From Paraspadella gotoi (taxonomy: Eukaryota; Animalia; Chaetognatha): 46,245 nucleotides of DNA. Each line of letters opens with the position of its first letter. Within the stretch, counting starts at the first letter, position 1. Shown here one piece after another: positions 26,660 through 38,133 of the stretch. Location of the stretch: positions 1 through 46,245 of the forward strand of contig JBJCIZ010000886.1 in assembly GCA_051294375.1 (NCBI GenBank), read 5' to 3'. Made by a program: the position numbers and the translations under genes. The notes beneath the pieces were generated by a model, which worked only from the letters and a program-made list of their open reading frames with translations, searched no databases and was not told where the DNA came from.

Positions 26660-27170
26660 TATAAGCAGTCCCGAGCTTTGGATCAGGCTGTTACACCTTG
26701 TTACACAGGGTTAAGCGCCCCGTCCCTTATAACTGTAGTCGGGTACTGTACTGTACTGTACGAGGTACCGGGTTCAAACCCAACCCGGTACCTACCCTGC
26801 GGGAAGTGTGACGACGGCCGTAAGCCGCCTTGAGGGCGTGGAAAACCCTCAAGCCTGGTTCCAAGCCCAGGACCCGTTTCATAGCGACTAGAGGGGGTTA
26901 TAGAAGATGACTATCCGTAACTGGTTCCAAGCCCAGGTCCCGTTCCATAGCTACTAGAGGGGGTTATAGTGGTCATGAGCTGATGGCTTTACTCAATGAG
27001 CCACCGGGTCAGGAATGAAGGTGTCATGCTTATAGGCGGGGTGAACTTATGCAATGCCCGACTACATAACTGCCCTTTTGGTTGAGAGGCGAATGACTTG
27101 CCTCCTGCAGCAATGACTGATGAGCGGGGTCCAACATGACCTCTGTGAACGGTTGGTGAATTTTAAGCCA
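26660..27170 (-). mobile_element. SINE-like repeat interrupted by a rearranged TRIM-A LTR
   Basis: Reverse-complement similarity to 15493-15670 on both sides of the 26734-27066 insert. Confidence 0.5.
26734..27066. mobile_element. Rearranged TRIM-A LTR derivative with inverted termini
   Basis: Starts TGTAGTCGGG and ends CCCGACTACA, with a TAAC TSD (26730-26733 and 27067-27070). It is a mosaic of forward and inverted LTR segments and includes the twister-like motif at 26799-26877. Confidence 0.8.
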
Positions 27171-27219
27171 TCAGAGTTTTACTGATTGGTTGACCGATCA
27201 ATTGACTGTTAAAATTTAC

Positions 27220-27442
27220 CGATAAAATTGACTCTCTTCGATCTTATCCGTGGGAATATTGAATTTTGAAAGAATTTGATTGGCAGAGTAACAGCCGGGC
27301 AGAGATTCCTCCTCGCCGTGGTCCTGATCGTGGTCATGACCGCTGTGGGTCTCGTGGGCGGAGCGCCTCCTTCTCCGATGGTTATGACCATCGTGATTAT
27401 CTTCTTTGTGTTCTGCTTCGTTGTGAGTTAACTCTGATTCTT
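27220..27442 (-). CDS. ZIP transporter exon (His-rich, polybasic site, CYSA motif)
   Basis: Manual translation: EESELTHNEAEHKEDNHDGHNHRRRRRSAHETHSGHDHDQDHGEEESLPGCYSANQILSKFNIPTDKIEESQFYR. Acceptor tttcag, donor GTAAAT, phase 1 in and phase 2 out. This frame is not in the ORF track. Confidence 0.85.
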
Positions 27443-27759
27443 CTGAAACAAGATTTGAAGGTTATGATTAATTTGTTTTACTTTTTGATCCATTCATTCA
27501 TTTATTAATTCATTCATTCATTATTTCTTTCCCAATCAGTCCTAAGTATCCTAATAATCTTTTTCATCTTTTCTTTAGAGAAAGTTTGATTTGGATTGTG
27601 ACAACGATTGGTTTTATTATTATAAAACAGAAATGTTTCGGCTTTACTTTCAACGCACTTCATCTCGAGCGGCCTACCTCTAACATTTGTGAGTTTGAAA
27701 TTATTTTGTGTAAAGGAAGAGAGAGAGAGGGCAAAGTTTGCACACAGAGTTAGAAAAAA

Positions 27760-28240
27760 CGCGTGCGGTCAGAAGTTGGCGTCGAGCGAACAGCTGCATC
27801 CGAAGGAAGACCCACGCGAGTAAGTTGTGAAAAGAAGGAACCCTTCCTGACGCATCCATGACCAGCTCAATTCAACTGTCATCTCAGCCCATGACACGCC
27901 AATGACCCGGCCTTATCGATCATCCCTCTCATTTGCCCATGCCAAGGGGGGCAAGCTCATTTTAATTCTTCAATTTCACTTTATTACTTATTAATTTTTC
28001 TCTCACAAAATTTATGCTTTCAAATTTCAGTTTCACTCTTACTAATTTATTAGTAGATTAATTGTTAAATTTTCACTAATATTCATCAGTGTAAAACTTT
28101 ATTATTGTTATACATTACACAATGGAAAGATTTTTTCACTTTTTCTCTCCCTCTCTCTCTTTCTTTTCACCATTTCACTTCTTTTAAACAACTTACTCTG
28201 TCTTTCTTCAACTTCAGCCTGTCCTCACCAATGGACCACA
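27760..28240 (+). mobile_element. Penelope 3'-end/pLTR fragment
   Basis: Homologous to 31265-31680 and 3330-3660 (gccaatgacccg...gctcatttt..., ttcagcctgtcctcacc). Confidence 0.55.
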
Positions 28241-28415
28241 GTCTTATGGATTCGCATCAAAAATCAATCATCAGTGCTAGATGTGTAGTCGGGCATAGCA
28301 AAGTTCACCCCGCCTCTAAGCATGAACCTTCAGTCCTGACCCGGTGGCTCATTGAGTAAAGCCATCAGCTCATGACCACTAGGTACCGGGTTCAATCCCA
28401 ACCGGTACCTACCCT

Positions 28416-28493
28416 GCGGGAAGTGTGAGGACGGCCGTAAGCCGCCTTGGGGCGTGGAAAACCCTCAAGCCTGGTTCCAAGCCCAGGACCCGT
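28416..28493 (+). ncRNA. P5-type twister-ribozyme-like motif (TRIM-A 5' LTR)
   Basis: GCGGG(P5)-AA-GUGU-GA-GGA-CGGCCG(P1)-UAA-GCC-GCC-P3 hairpin-CCUGG-UUCCAAGC-CCAGG-A-CCCGU(P5'). The T1 pairing is UCC/GGA. P2 is one nucleotide short and imperfect. Confidence 0.6.
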
Positions 28494-28814
28494 TCCATAG
28501 CTGCTAGAGGGGTTAAAGAAGTTACGGATAGTCATCTTCAGCCCACTTAGCGCCTTATCCACACTGGTGAGCCCATCCTGTCGAGCGTATTCCAACCTTC
28601 TGATTCCAGGCCATGGACGTGCTGAAGATTGCTCCCCTCCTCCACTGAAGCAGTGCAGGGTGGGTTACAATCTGGGGGCATGTAGTCGGGCATAGCAAAG
28701 TTCACCCCGCCTCTAAGCATGAAACCTTCAGTCCTGACCCGGTGGCTCATTGAGTAAAGCCATCAGCTCATGACCACTAGGTACCGGGTTCAATCCCAAC
28801 CCGGTACCTACCCT

Positions 28815-28894
28815 GCGGGAAGTGTGGAGGACGGCCGTAAGCCGCCTTGGGGGCGTGGAAAACCCTCAAGCCTGGTTCCAAGCCCAGGACCCGT
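28815..28894 (+). ncRNA. P5-type twister-ribozyme-like motif (TRIM-A 3' LTR)
   Basis: Second copy of the motif. The predicted U/A cleavage site 28838/28839 is 400 nt from the first. Confidence 0.55.
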
Positions 28895-29265
28895 TCCATA
28901 GCTGCTAGAGGGGTTAAAGAAGTTACGATAGTCATGCTTCAGCCCACTTAGCGCCTTATCCACAGATGCTCCTTATCATATTCTCAAACAAATAACATTA
29001 CTAAAACTTCTTCCTAAGTCAATTTTTAAAATAGTTGCACCATATACAAAATCATGGTTTGCACATCCAGAAAATTTGTTTACGGCATTCCTCGCATCTC
29101 CAGAAAAAAATATTCGCTGCTTCGCCAGTAAGAATTAAATTTAGAGATGAGGAAAAGAAATGGAGACCATTTAAAAAATAGAGCCAAAACCCTAAGTCTT
29201 ACTTTTTAAAAAAGCAAGCAACATTATTCCTGACCTCTCCATCCCTCCTTGAATTTCAAACTTAC

Positions 29266-29938
29266 CCTCGTCTCCTTTCAGCTTCTTCAACAAAGCAGCT
29301 ATGGACGAGCTGTCCAGTTTTGTGGAATTTAGAAAAGATTTTTGAATGCTCTCCAAAAAGAAGGTGGCTTTCACCGCCTTATCGTCGCAGTAAAAGGTGC
29401 CTTCTTTCAAGTGGATAGTCAAGTTGTACAAAATATCCTTCGACTCTTCGAGGGACACAAATTCTTTCCCTTTTGGCCAAAGAGTTTCCAGGCAAAGTTT
29501 ATGGTCATCATGATCGTCGTCATGATCTTCATGATCATGAGTCTCATTGCCATGAGTTTCATTGCCATGTCCATGCTCATCGTTTCCATGCTTTTCCTCT
29601 CCATGCTCGTCATGTTCCTCTTGTATTTTGAAAGCCTTGAGCCTTTCGAGTATCTCTTCATACTGCGAATGCTCGAAAACCGAATCGTTTTGAGAGGCAA
29701 ACTTCTGTATTTCCCCAAGGTAAGTTCCGTTGTCCGATGAGTCGAGGCAGGAAAAGGGAAGTTTGATGAGAAGATGAAGCAAAACGAAAGTGGATGCCAT
29801 CGTCTGGGCGGCGGTCAGCGGGTAAGGAGATGTAAACCCAATTTTGGTGAGGACTTGTTCGCCGCTTAAGCAGTCATTAGCTTTGAGAACTTTGTCCTGC
29901 ATGTATGGGTGAGGCAAGACGCTGAAAGGCTCTAATAC
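29266..29938 (-). CDS. LIV-1-subfamily ZIP (SLC39) zinc transporter, His-rich extracellular-domain exon (most 5' exon identified)
   Basis: ORF 29192-29947 has a His/Glu-rich tract (EHDEHGEEKHGNDEHGHGNETHGNETHDHEDHDDDHDDH) and Cys-Leu motifs. Acceptor ttcag at 29939-29943 and donor GTAAGT at 29265. The exon is 673 nt and ends in phase 1, matching the next exon. The start/signal-peptide exon was not identified. Confidence 0.85.
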
Positions 29939-30388
29939 CTGAAGCAAGAATTATAATGGATCATAATAAAAACAATCTTGTTTGTGCAATATAAAGCACT
30001 TGATTATTACCTCGTGTACGAAGTGGGTCATGTTAGCCAAATTATTTATCGTTAAATAATTCATTTTTTTTATATATTCGTCGGTTGAATCTATGCGGAG
30101 CGATTTTAATAAGTACATTTTATTAAAAATTAAAACAACATTAAAAGAATAATATACCAATGAGAATAATAAAAAATATTGAAAGAATAATCAACGAATG
30201 AGAATAATAAACAAATTGAAAGAATAATGAACAAATCACTTCAGCCAATATAGATTCTAACTTCCCAGAGACGAATTTATGACTAAATTTCCACATTTAC
30301 AGATTGTAAAAACCTGTTTGTCTAGATTTGTGTGGAAGAGGATCGAAGCAGCAACTTGAATTGAAGTCATGCGACGATAAATATTCAG

Positions 30389-30992
30389 TAAAATTCCTAA
30401 ATTTAACTTTGATTAAAATTCTAAAAGTGAGGGACGAACAACATTATACTAATGAACATTTATGTAATGTAATTTAAGTAATAAAAAAATTTATAATAAA
30501 TTTTACAATTTACGCAGTAGGCCATATTTATACTAGTACTAAACCAATAAATGTTAAAATTTCAAAACAGTTTTTTCTAAGATTTTTTTGCAGATTTGGA
30601 TTCGTCATAAGTTGGTAAAAAGAAATATAATTCTTTTTGAAAAATTCCTTCATTAAGTGGGTCAAAAATTAGAAAAAGCTATATTTTAAGCTGAAAATTA
30701 ACTTTTTAATATAAAATAAAGTTTTTTTAATTTTTAACCCACTTAATAAAATAATTTGTAAAAATAATTTATATTTTCTTTTATCAACTTTTGACAAAGA
30801 ATGCAGTCAAAATTAAGAAAAGTCTATTTTGAATTTTTTTGATTTTATAAGGATAGTACTATATATAAATATAGCTTACTGCGAAAATTAAAAAACATAA
30901 AATTAATTTTTTTTACAAATTAATGTTTACTGATGGTATGTTGTTCATAATTGACTTTTAGAATTTCCGTATGTAACTTTCACTACGCCTTA
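30389..30992 (+). mobile_element. hAT-like MITE (left TIR partly deleted)
   Basis: Near-identical to 14209-14819, with an 8-bp TSD ATATTCAG (30381-30388 and 30993-31000). Confidence 0.8.
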
Positions 30993-31264
30993 ATATTCAG
31001 GCATATAAAGGATTGGGTGTGGGTTTTTTTGTTGATGTAATGTTGGGAAAGTTTAGAACTTACCAGGATATATAATATATAGATATTATATATTATATAT
31101 ATCCAACTAAACTGTTGAAGAGACAGTATACTGTTTTTTTTTAACCATGCAGTCGAAAATTTTCACAATCCTGAACAGTTTCTAGTATAATTTTAATTGC
31201 TTAAAACGATTAACAAGATGTCCTCAATCAGATTTTGCGTTAGACCTACGCACAATTGTATAGA

Positions 31265-31695
31265 CAGGCCAATGACCCGTCACATGTTAACGTCCCTCAT
31301 TTGCCGGGCCGGGGGGGCCAGCTCATTTTGAGCTTTTTCTTTATCTATATATATTTCACTTTCTCTACAATTTAGCTATTGCCTAAACACTTATTTTTCT
31401 TATTTTTCTTATTTTTCTTCTTTTCACATTTCACTCTTAATTAACAACTAGTCAAATTAATTACTTTGTTGACTCTACTAGTTTAATTAAGTTTTACATG
31501 CTGATTTTTTATTTATTCATTTATCTGTTGTACATTAAAAAAAATGTAACTATTTTTCTTACCCTTTTCTCTCTCCTCTCAAAAAAAATTTTTCACACTA
31601 ACATTTCAACTTTTTCTCTTCTTCCTCTCCTTACTTTCACGCTCTTAATCTGACCACTGTTTTTTCTCACTTTTTTGGAAGCTTTTATCTCTCTG

Positions 31696-31737
<42 letters not shown>

Positions 31738-31820
31738 AAACTCAATGTTTTAGAGAAACATTTGTAATTGACAAAACGCTGATGAAGACTCTAACAAGAT
31801 CCGAAACATATGTCCCAAAG
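31265..31820 (+). mobile_element. Penelope pLTR fragment with a degenerate hammerhead
   Basis: Homologous to 3330-3780. Positions 31773-31815 read AAAACG-CTGATGA-AGACTCTAACAAGATCC-GAAAC-ATAT-GTC. Confidence 0.6.
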
Positions 31821-32229
31821 TAATAAACAAGTTGAGCAAACAATGTCGGATCTGCCTACAATTATTAATTAATAGATTAATTAATTAATTAATAGATAAT
31901 TAAATTTATTTTAATAATTAATTATAATTTATATTTCAGCTTGTCATCATCGATGTCCTTTAATTGTAGTCAGGACAGTTATTAAATGTTTTGTTTACAT
32001 TTTATCAAACAAACAAATATCCTCTATTATCGAGCAGGCGGGCAAAGCCCGTCCTGGCTAGATTTTGATTCGTTTAGCTTTCGGTCACGCTTTTTTTGCA
32101 TCATGGCTTCTGAAAGGATATCATAGGGAGTTAAATTCATATATGGCTTCTAAGATCAAAGATCTTTTAAAATCTCATGTTTCATATCAATATTCGTATT
32201 TGTTTAGTTTTTATTTACAAAACAAAAAC

Positions 32230-32368
32230 GTTTTAATTATATGTCGCTCTCTCTCTCTCTTTTTTAAAATATATGTCGTCTCTCTCTCTCTCTTTTTCTC
32301 CGTCACTGCTTCTTCTGATTTGTCTAAAACGAGTTCCGGCTCTGCAGCGTCTGTCCAGCTTCTTTTCT

Positions 32369-32413
<45 letters not shown>

Positions 32414-32836
32414 TTTTTTTTTTTTTTTACAAAAAAATTTTTAGATATAATGTGGGCTCACTAATGTAAAAACGACGCCGCGAACAGGGTGTGAACCCGG
32501 TCTTGGGTAGAGAAGAGCTCACACTACGTCCGGCGCCATAGGTACTTTAATTTTAACGAGTAAAAGGGCTGTAGAGCTTCTCTCTCTCTCTCTCTTTTTA
32601 ATTATTATATATCGCACTTTCTCTCTCTCTTTTCTCTGCAGCGGCTGTCTCTCTCTTTTTCTCTCTGTGTTGTGTCTGTCCCTCTCTGTCCGATCTCTTG
32701 CGTGATCGTTTGTTTTTTGAAAAATTCTGATTATTTTTTTCTTCTAAAAACTTTTTATTATTACCATTTAATCCCGCTTTTTTTCAATACAAAATCCATA
32801 TTTTCATCCGAGATTTTCGTGGATTTATTTCTTTCT

Positions 32837-32919
<83 letters not shown>

Positions 32920-33007
32920 TTCACTCATACACGCCATTTGTTGTTTTATTGACTATCATGCATCAATGAATGACAATCATCGCATCGTGAATGACTATTT
33001 TATGTCT

Positions 33008-33050
<43 letters not shown>

Positions 33051-33170
33051 TCTCTCTCTCACTCTCTCTCTTTCTTTCTCACTCTCTCTCTCTCTCAACT
33101 CTCTCTTTCTCTCTCTCTCTCTCTTTTTATGCAATAGCGACGATCCTTATGCTTTTAAGATTTTTTTAAC
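32230..33170 (-). repeat. (CT)n-rich dispersed repeat, same family as 18330-18960
   Basis: Long (CT)n tracts and blocks matching 18590-18910 in reverse complement. Confidence 0.7.
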
Positions 33171-33199
33171 TTGCATCATTTTTCAACTTGCATCATTTT

Positions 33200-34316
33200 T
33201 TCAACTTGCATTCCGTCAAAAACTTTATATCTAGCTTCTTCACTCACTTTCCTACTGGCTCACAAAAATTTCATCTCAATCTATCATGGGTTAAAATAAA
33301 TAAAAAGATTCAAGTAAATGTGACTCATATTTTTTTCATTTAAACTCATTTCCACTGGTTACGTTCGCGCTGAAACTTTTATCAAGCTTCGTCACACATT
33401 TTCCTACCCACACACAAAATTTCAACTCAATCTATCCATCCAATTATGATTAATTAGAGTATTTATTGGTTAAAATAAGGTAAAAAGATTTTAGTAAATT
33501 CGACTTATGTTTCTTCCATTTAAACTAATTTCCACTCACACGATTCCATCGAAACTTTATATCCAGCTTTATCACACACTTTCCTACTCACACACAAAAT
33601 TTAATTCCAATCCAACCAGCCAATCACGAGTTATTGGAGCTTTTTGCTAAGATGGGACGGATGGACGGATTGATTGACTAATTAATTAATTATTGATTAA
33701 TTTATTTACTAATTATTAATTAATGATTAATTATTTGATTTATTAATACATCCTGCATATACATTGTAATATAAAAGGAAAAAGAACCATAATCAATTAG
33801 TAAAACAGGTTTTTTGTTTTTTTCCATTTAAACTCATTTCCACTCAAACTATTCCATCGAAACTTGATTTCCTGTTCAATCACACACTTTCCTACCCATA
33901 CAAAATTCCAGGTCAATCAGCCCATCCACTCATGAGCAATTGGTGTTCAAAATAGTGAATATATTTTTTTTGTTTTTTCCATTTAAACTCATTTCCACTC
34001 GGACGATTCCATCGAAACTTCATATCCAGCCTCAATCACACACTTACCTATCCTCACACAAAATTTCATTTAAATCCATCCATCCAATCACGAGTAATTG
34101 GTGTTTTTTGCTAAGGTGGGCGGACGGACGGACGACGGCGGACGGACGACGAGAACAGACGGACGACGGACATCATTTTTTTTTGCATAATTTTTCATAA
34201 TTCGATGTTCTGACATGATATAAGTGTGTGCCCGACAATATTGAGGGGGCGGACCGACGGACCGACAAAGTGAGTTATAGAGTCGGGATCTGCCTGATAA
34301 GCAGATCGACTAAAAA
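33200..34316 (+). mobile_element. Helentron/DINE-1-like repeat
   Basis: Tandem family modules, (GGAC)n and terminal hairpin gggatctgcctgataagcagatcgact. Confidence 0.55.
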
Positions 34317-34843
34317 TCGTTGTTCCTAATTCGCTCAAAACAACGAAATGAAAGGAACTTAACATAATTCTGAATTTTAACAGTTACTAAGAAACGAATC
34401 TTTTGTAACTAATATTTATTTTGTCTATTTAGAGCTATGATAGTTTTTTTATGATATATATAATTCTTTGTGATACACTATCATATGACAATAAAAAACT
34501 ATTATTTATAGTAGATCAAAAACTATTAATATTGCGTATTTTATCAGTTTTTAAGTGTCATTTCGGTTTTGGACACGCCCACTATGGTAAGAACCTTTTT
34601 TAAAACATTTTTAAAGTAAAACTTATTAAATAATGAGAGTAACTTAAAATTTGGGCAATTATTATTTTTATAAAACTATTTTCTTATCTTGCAATTAAAG
34701 AAACGAGAAAAATTCCATTTTGTAGTCAACATCAACTTCCGGTNNNNNNNNNNNNNNNNNNNNNNNNNNNNNNNNNNNNNNNNNNNNNNNNNNNNNNNNN
34801 NNNNNNNNNNNNNNNNNNNNNNNNNNNNNNNNNNNNNNNNNNN

Positions 34844-36926
34844 ACCTTTCTTTCTCTTTTTCCAAACCTTTAATAATCCTACTTTCTCTTAATCTCTTTC
34901 TCCTTGCATAATCTATAGTAACACTTCGCAAAACATATTTACCACAGTCCCACCATTCCCCTATGTTCTCAAACTCCTCCTTGCCTTGCCTTAAATCTTC
35001 CCATGTCTCCCTAATCAGTTGAATATACTCAATATCAAGTAACAAGGAAACATTAAAACTTCCAATATCCACAACCATTTTTATATTGTTCTTTAAGTTC
35101 CACTTTTAAGCATTTGTAGTGCGCAAAATTTACCCAAGGACAAGCTGAGAAGTAAGGGGGTCGTTGAAAATAAACAAATATATACAAATCAAGGTGAGGT
35201 ACATAGCTATTTAGTCGTAATAAAGTCTGTAGAATTTGAGTGATATAACCATGTTTTTGAATAGTCTTAATCTTACTTTGTGCGGAAATGGCGATTTTTG
35301 AGCAAGCAATATAAGGTGCATTAAAATGGAGCAAACCCATTGTAGAGTAATAAGAAACTCAAAATTATTAAGATTTTATAAAAGCCATATTTAACTAAAA
35401 AGAAAATAAAGGAAGCCCATATAAATATTTTGGTAAGTTTATTTACAATGTATATTTGATTAATAGTTTGTTAGCGTATATTTATTAATAATAATAATAA
35501 AAAATAGAGCTAAAGTGAAAAAAAAAAAAGAATTTTAAATTTTAAACAGAATTTGAATTCTCTTACAAAAAATTGATATAAGAAAATCATAATCCATTTA
35601 AAAATTCTTTATTAAGTAGGGTTACAAATATTAACAACTATTATTTTTATTTAAATTTTTCAATTTTGTGGGCTTTAAAACTAAGTTTCTGATTTTGACG
35701 CAACATTAATGGACATAATTTTGAATAATAAAAATTATCATTTTCTTATATCAACTTGTTTGCAAAGAATGCAAATCCATAAAAAAATTTTGAAATTAAT
35801 TATTAAACTTTAGCACCCCAATTTTACTCCATAATATATTAATAAATAATGAGTTAACTAACACTTTTATATAAACATAAAATTTAGAAATAAACTTACC
35901 AAATATTTTAATTGGAGATCTTTATTTTTATATTTCAAAGCTCATATAAATGTTTATAAAATTTAATAATTTGATTTAAGCATAACTTATAATGGGTGTT
36001 AATAAGTTTGATATCACATTGAAAAAACCCCCTATTTCGACAAGAAAGATAAAATTAAATACAAAAAAAGGTCATCACATACGAATTCTACAGAACTACC
36101 ATTAGCACTAAAATTAGTCATGGTACCTCCTTGATTTGTTATATTTTGTTATTTTCAAACGCTCTACTGAAAGTGATTTGTACTCACTTCCCCTGCTATC
36201 GTTCTATCAGCATAAACTCTATCATTCACTACTTTCAATATCGACCAGCACCATTTCTAAAAGTAAAATCAACTTCATTACCATTCAAAAGTCGAAAAAC
36301 ATCAAGCAAAGCAGCATCTTCTTTTATATCTGCAAAAATCGGACCGAGAATTTGATCATATCTTGTCAGTAAATCACTCCTTCTATCTCTGCTTTCTTCT
36401 ACAAAATTAAAATCTCCCATCACAATATTAGAACACGAAACATCTATCACTTCATTCAATTTTCTTATCCATGATCCACCATCCAATCCTCCACTTACTC
36501 CATAAACCAAAATAAAATTTATCACCTTACCAGAAACCACATTTTGAACTTTTACTGACATCACTCTGCCACTTAAACTCACCACATTATCTATCACATC
36601 CCAATCATTAGATACAACGCATATTATGCCTGCATAATCATCACCAACAATAGCTGGGCTATGAAACACCTTGTATCTCAATTCCATATCTCTTACAGCC
36701 TGACATTTTTGCAATGGGTTTCCTGAATAGCCATTATCCCTAATCCCTTATCAGCATTTAACAGATTTAATAGCCAATCACCCTTCCTCTGTCCTGAATC
36801 ACCCTTTAATCCACCACTGTTCCATATCGCTACCCTGTAATTCGAATTTTCCCCTGACCCAACTACCCTCGTTGAAGTCGCCATTTTTGTTCATAACAAA
36901 AAAATAATTTTCCCAAAACTTTTAAT
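34844..36926 (-). mobile_element. Second L1/Tx1-like LINE copy (endonuclease region), interrupted at about 35110-36170 and bounded by gaps
   Basis: ORFs 36693-36884, 36235-36714 (GDFN motif) and 34695-35078 are near-identical to the copy at 23600-24450. Confidence 0.88.
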
Positions 36927-37616
36927 NNNNNNNNNNAATATCAAGCCTGAACTTGATTAAAATAATTTGGTTAAAAGAGAGAGAGAGAATAAGAGTGAAA
37001 AGAAACATGAGGACGAAGTTAAGGACAAAAGCTCAAGAGAAAGAAAGAGAAAGAACCCCCCCCCCATCTTCAATAGTCTTTTAGTTTTTGTAGAAGAGGA
37101 TTCCATGCGTGTGTTTTTATCCAAATTATTTTTTTACTTTTTTGTGACTGTTTTTCTTGCATTTACTTCGCAAATGAACTATGGTTAAGCAATGTTAACC
37201 GAAATATATTGCTCAAATAAAAATAATATGCGTTTTCCTCATAAAACGATGTTAATCACCAATAAAAATTTATATCAAAAATAGGTTCCGTGGGTAAGTT
37301 TTGTTAATTTTTTTAAAGGATTCTGGTCTCCTACGGAAAGATAATACTATTGGGAACCAAAATATATTTGAGAGAACTGGCTTTCATCATTATATATAAA
37401 TTCTGTTCCGTGGACAATTGGTTTGACCCAAATCCTTTAATAATAATCTTAAAGAATTAAAAAATAGGATGATTGACAAGTTAATAATTCTTAAGCTTTT
37501 GAATAATATTTGATTTTCCCTTCTTTATTTGGAACATTCAAGTTTAAAAAATCATCTTTCAGACCATTTGAACAATTTTGATAAAACTTATAGACATTGA
37601 TTCATTTTAAAGTGGC

Positions 37617-37668
<52 letters not shown>

Positions 37669-38133
37669 ACAATGCACATGAGTGTATGTCAATCTACCTC
37701 TTACTCCGATCTTGCAAAAAAAATTCTTTATTACGTCCAATTATCTATTAGAACTTCATTAAAAACTAGATAACTAGATAACTAAGAGATAACCAAGTCA
37801 ATTATGAATCAAATTTGAAAGAGATTTAATGTTTGGTAGAATTCCCAATTATAAGTTTTTAAGTTTTTTGTTTTTATTGTTTTTCTGTCGTAAATTTTCT
37901 CGCATTCGTCGACAGAGAACACTACAAGCTCAGTGCTGATGAAGATAACAAAAGGCATAAATGTAACTGCGGTAAATATAACTTTTATTAGTGAGCAATT
38001 TTTTGAGAACGATACGAATTTTACAACAATCTTTAAATAATATCACAGTTATCAAATACATTGCAGAAGTTATAATGTGTTAACCGTATAATGTCTTCAT
38101 GCAGAAATAATTAAACAATTCACATGAAGCAAT

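Larger units (their letters stand above)
28284..28964 (+). mobile_element. TRIM-like miniature LTR element (TRIM-A), candidate twister retrozyme
   Basis: LTRs at 28284-28563 and 28681-28964 (TG...CA). TSD GATG at 28280-28283 and 28965-28968. PBS TGGTGAGCCC at 28565, short purine tract GGGGG before the 3' LTR, and a 117-bp non-coding interior. Confidence 0.93.

Noticed and set aside
27117-27150. CTGATGA hammerhead-like core
   Set aside because: It is followed by GAAC rather than GAAA and has no convincing stems I or III. It looks like a small insertion in the SINE-like repeat.
30314-30370. Possible ZIP start exon MTSIQVAASILFHTNLDKQ
   Set aside because: The phase fits, but the donor (GTTTTT) is poor and it is not a convincing signal peptide. 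Left uncalled.
32065-33169. Ser/Leu-rich ORFs
   Set aside because: These are translations of (CT)n microsatellites.
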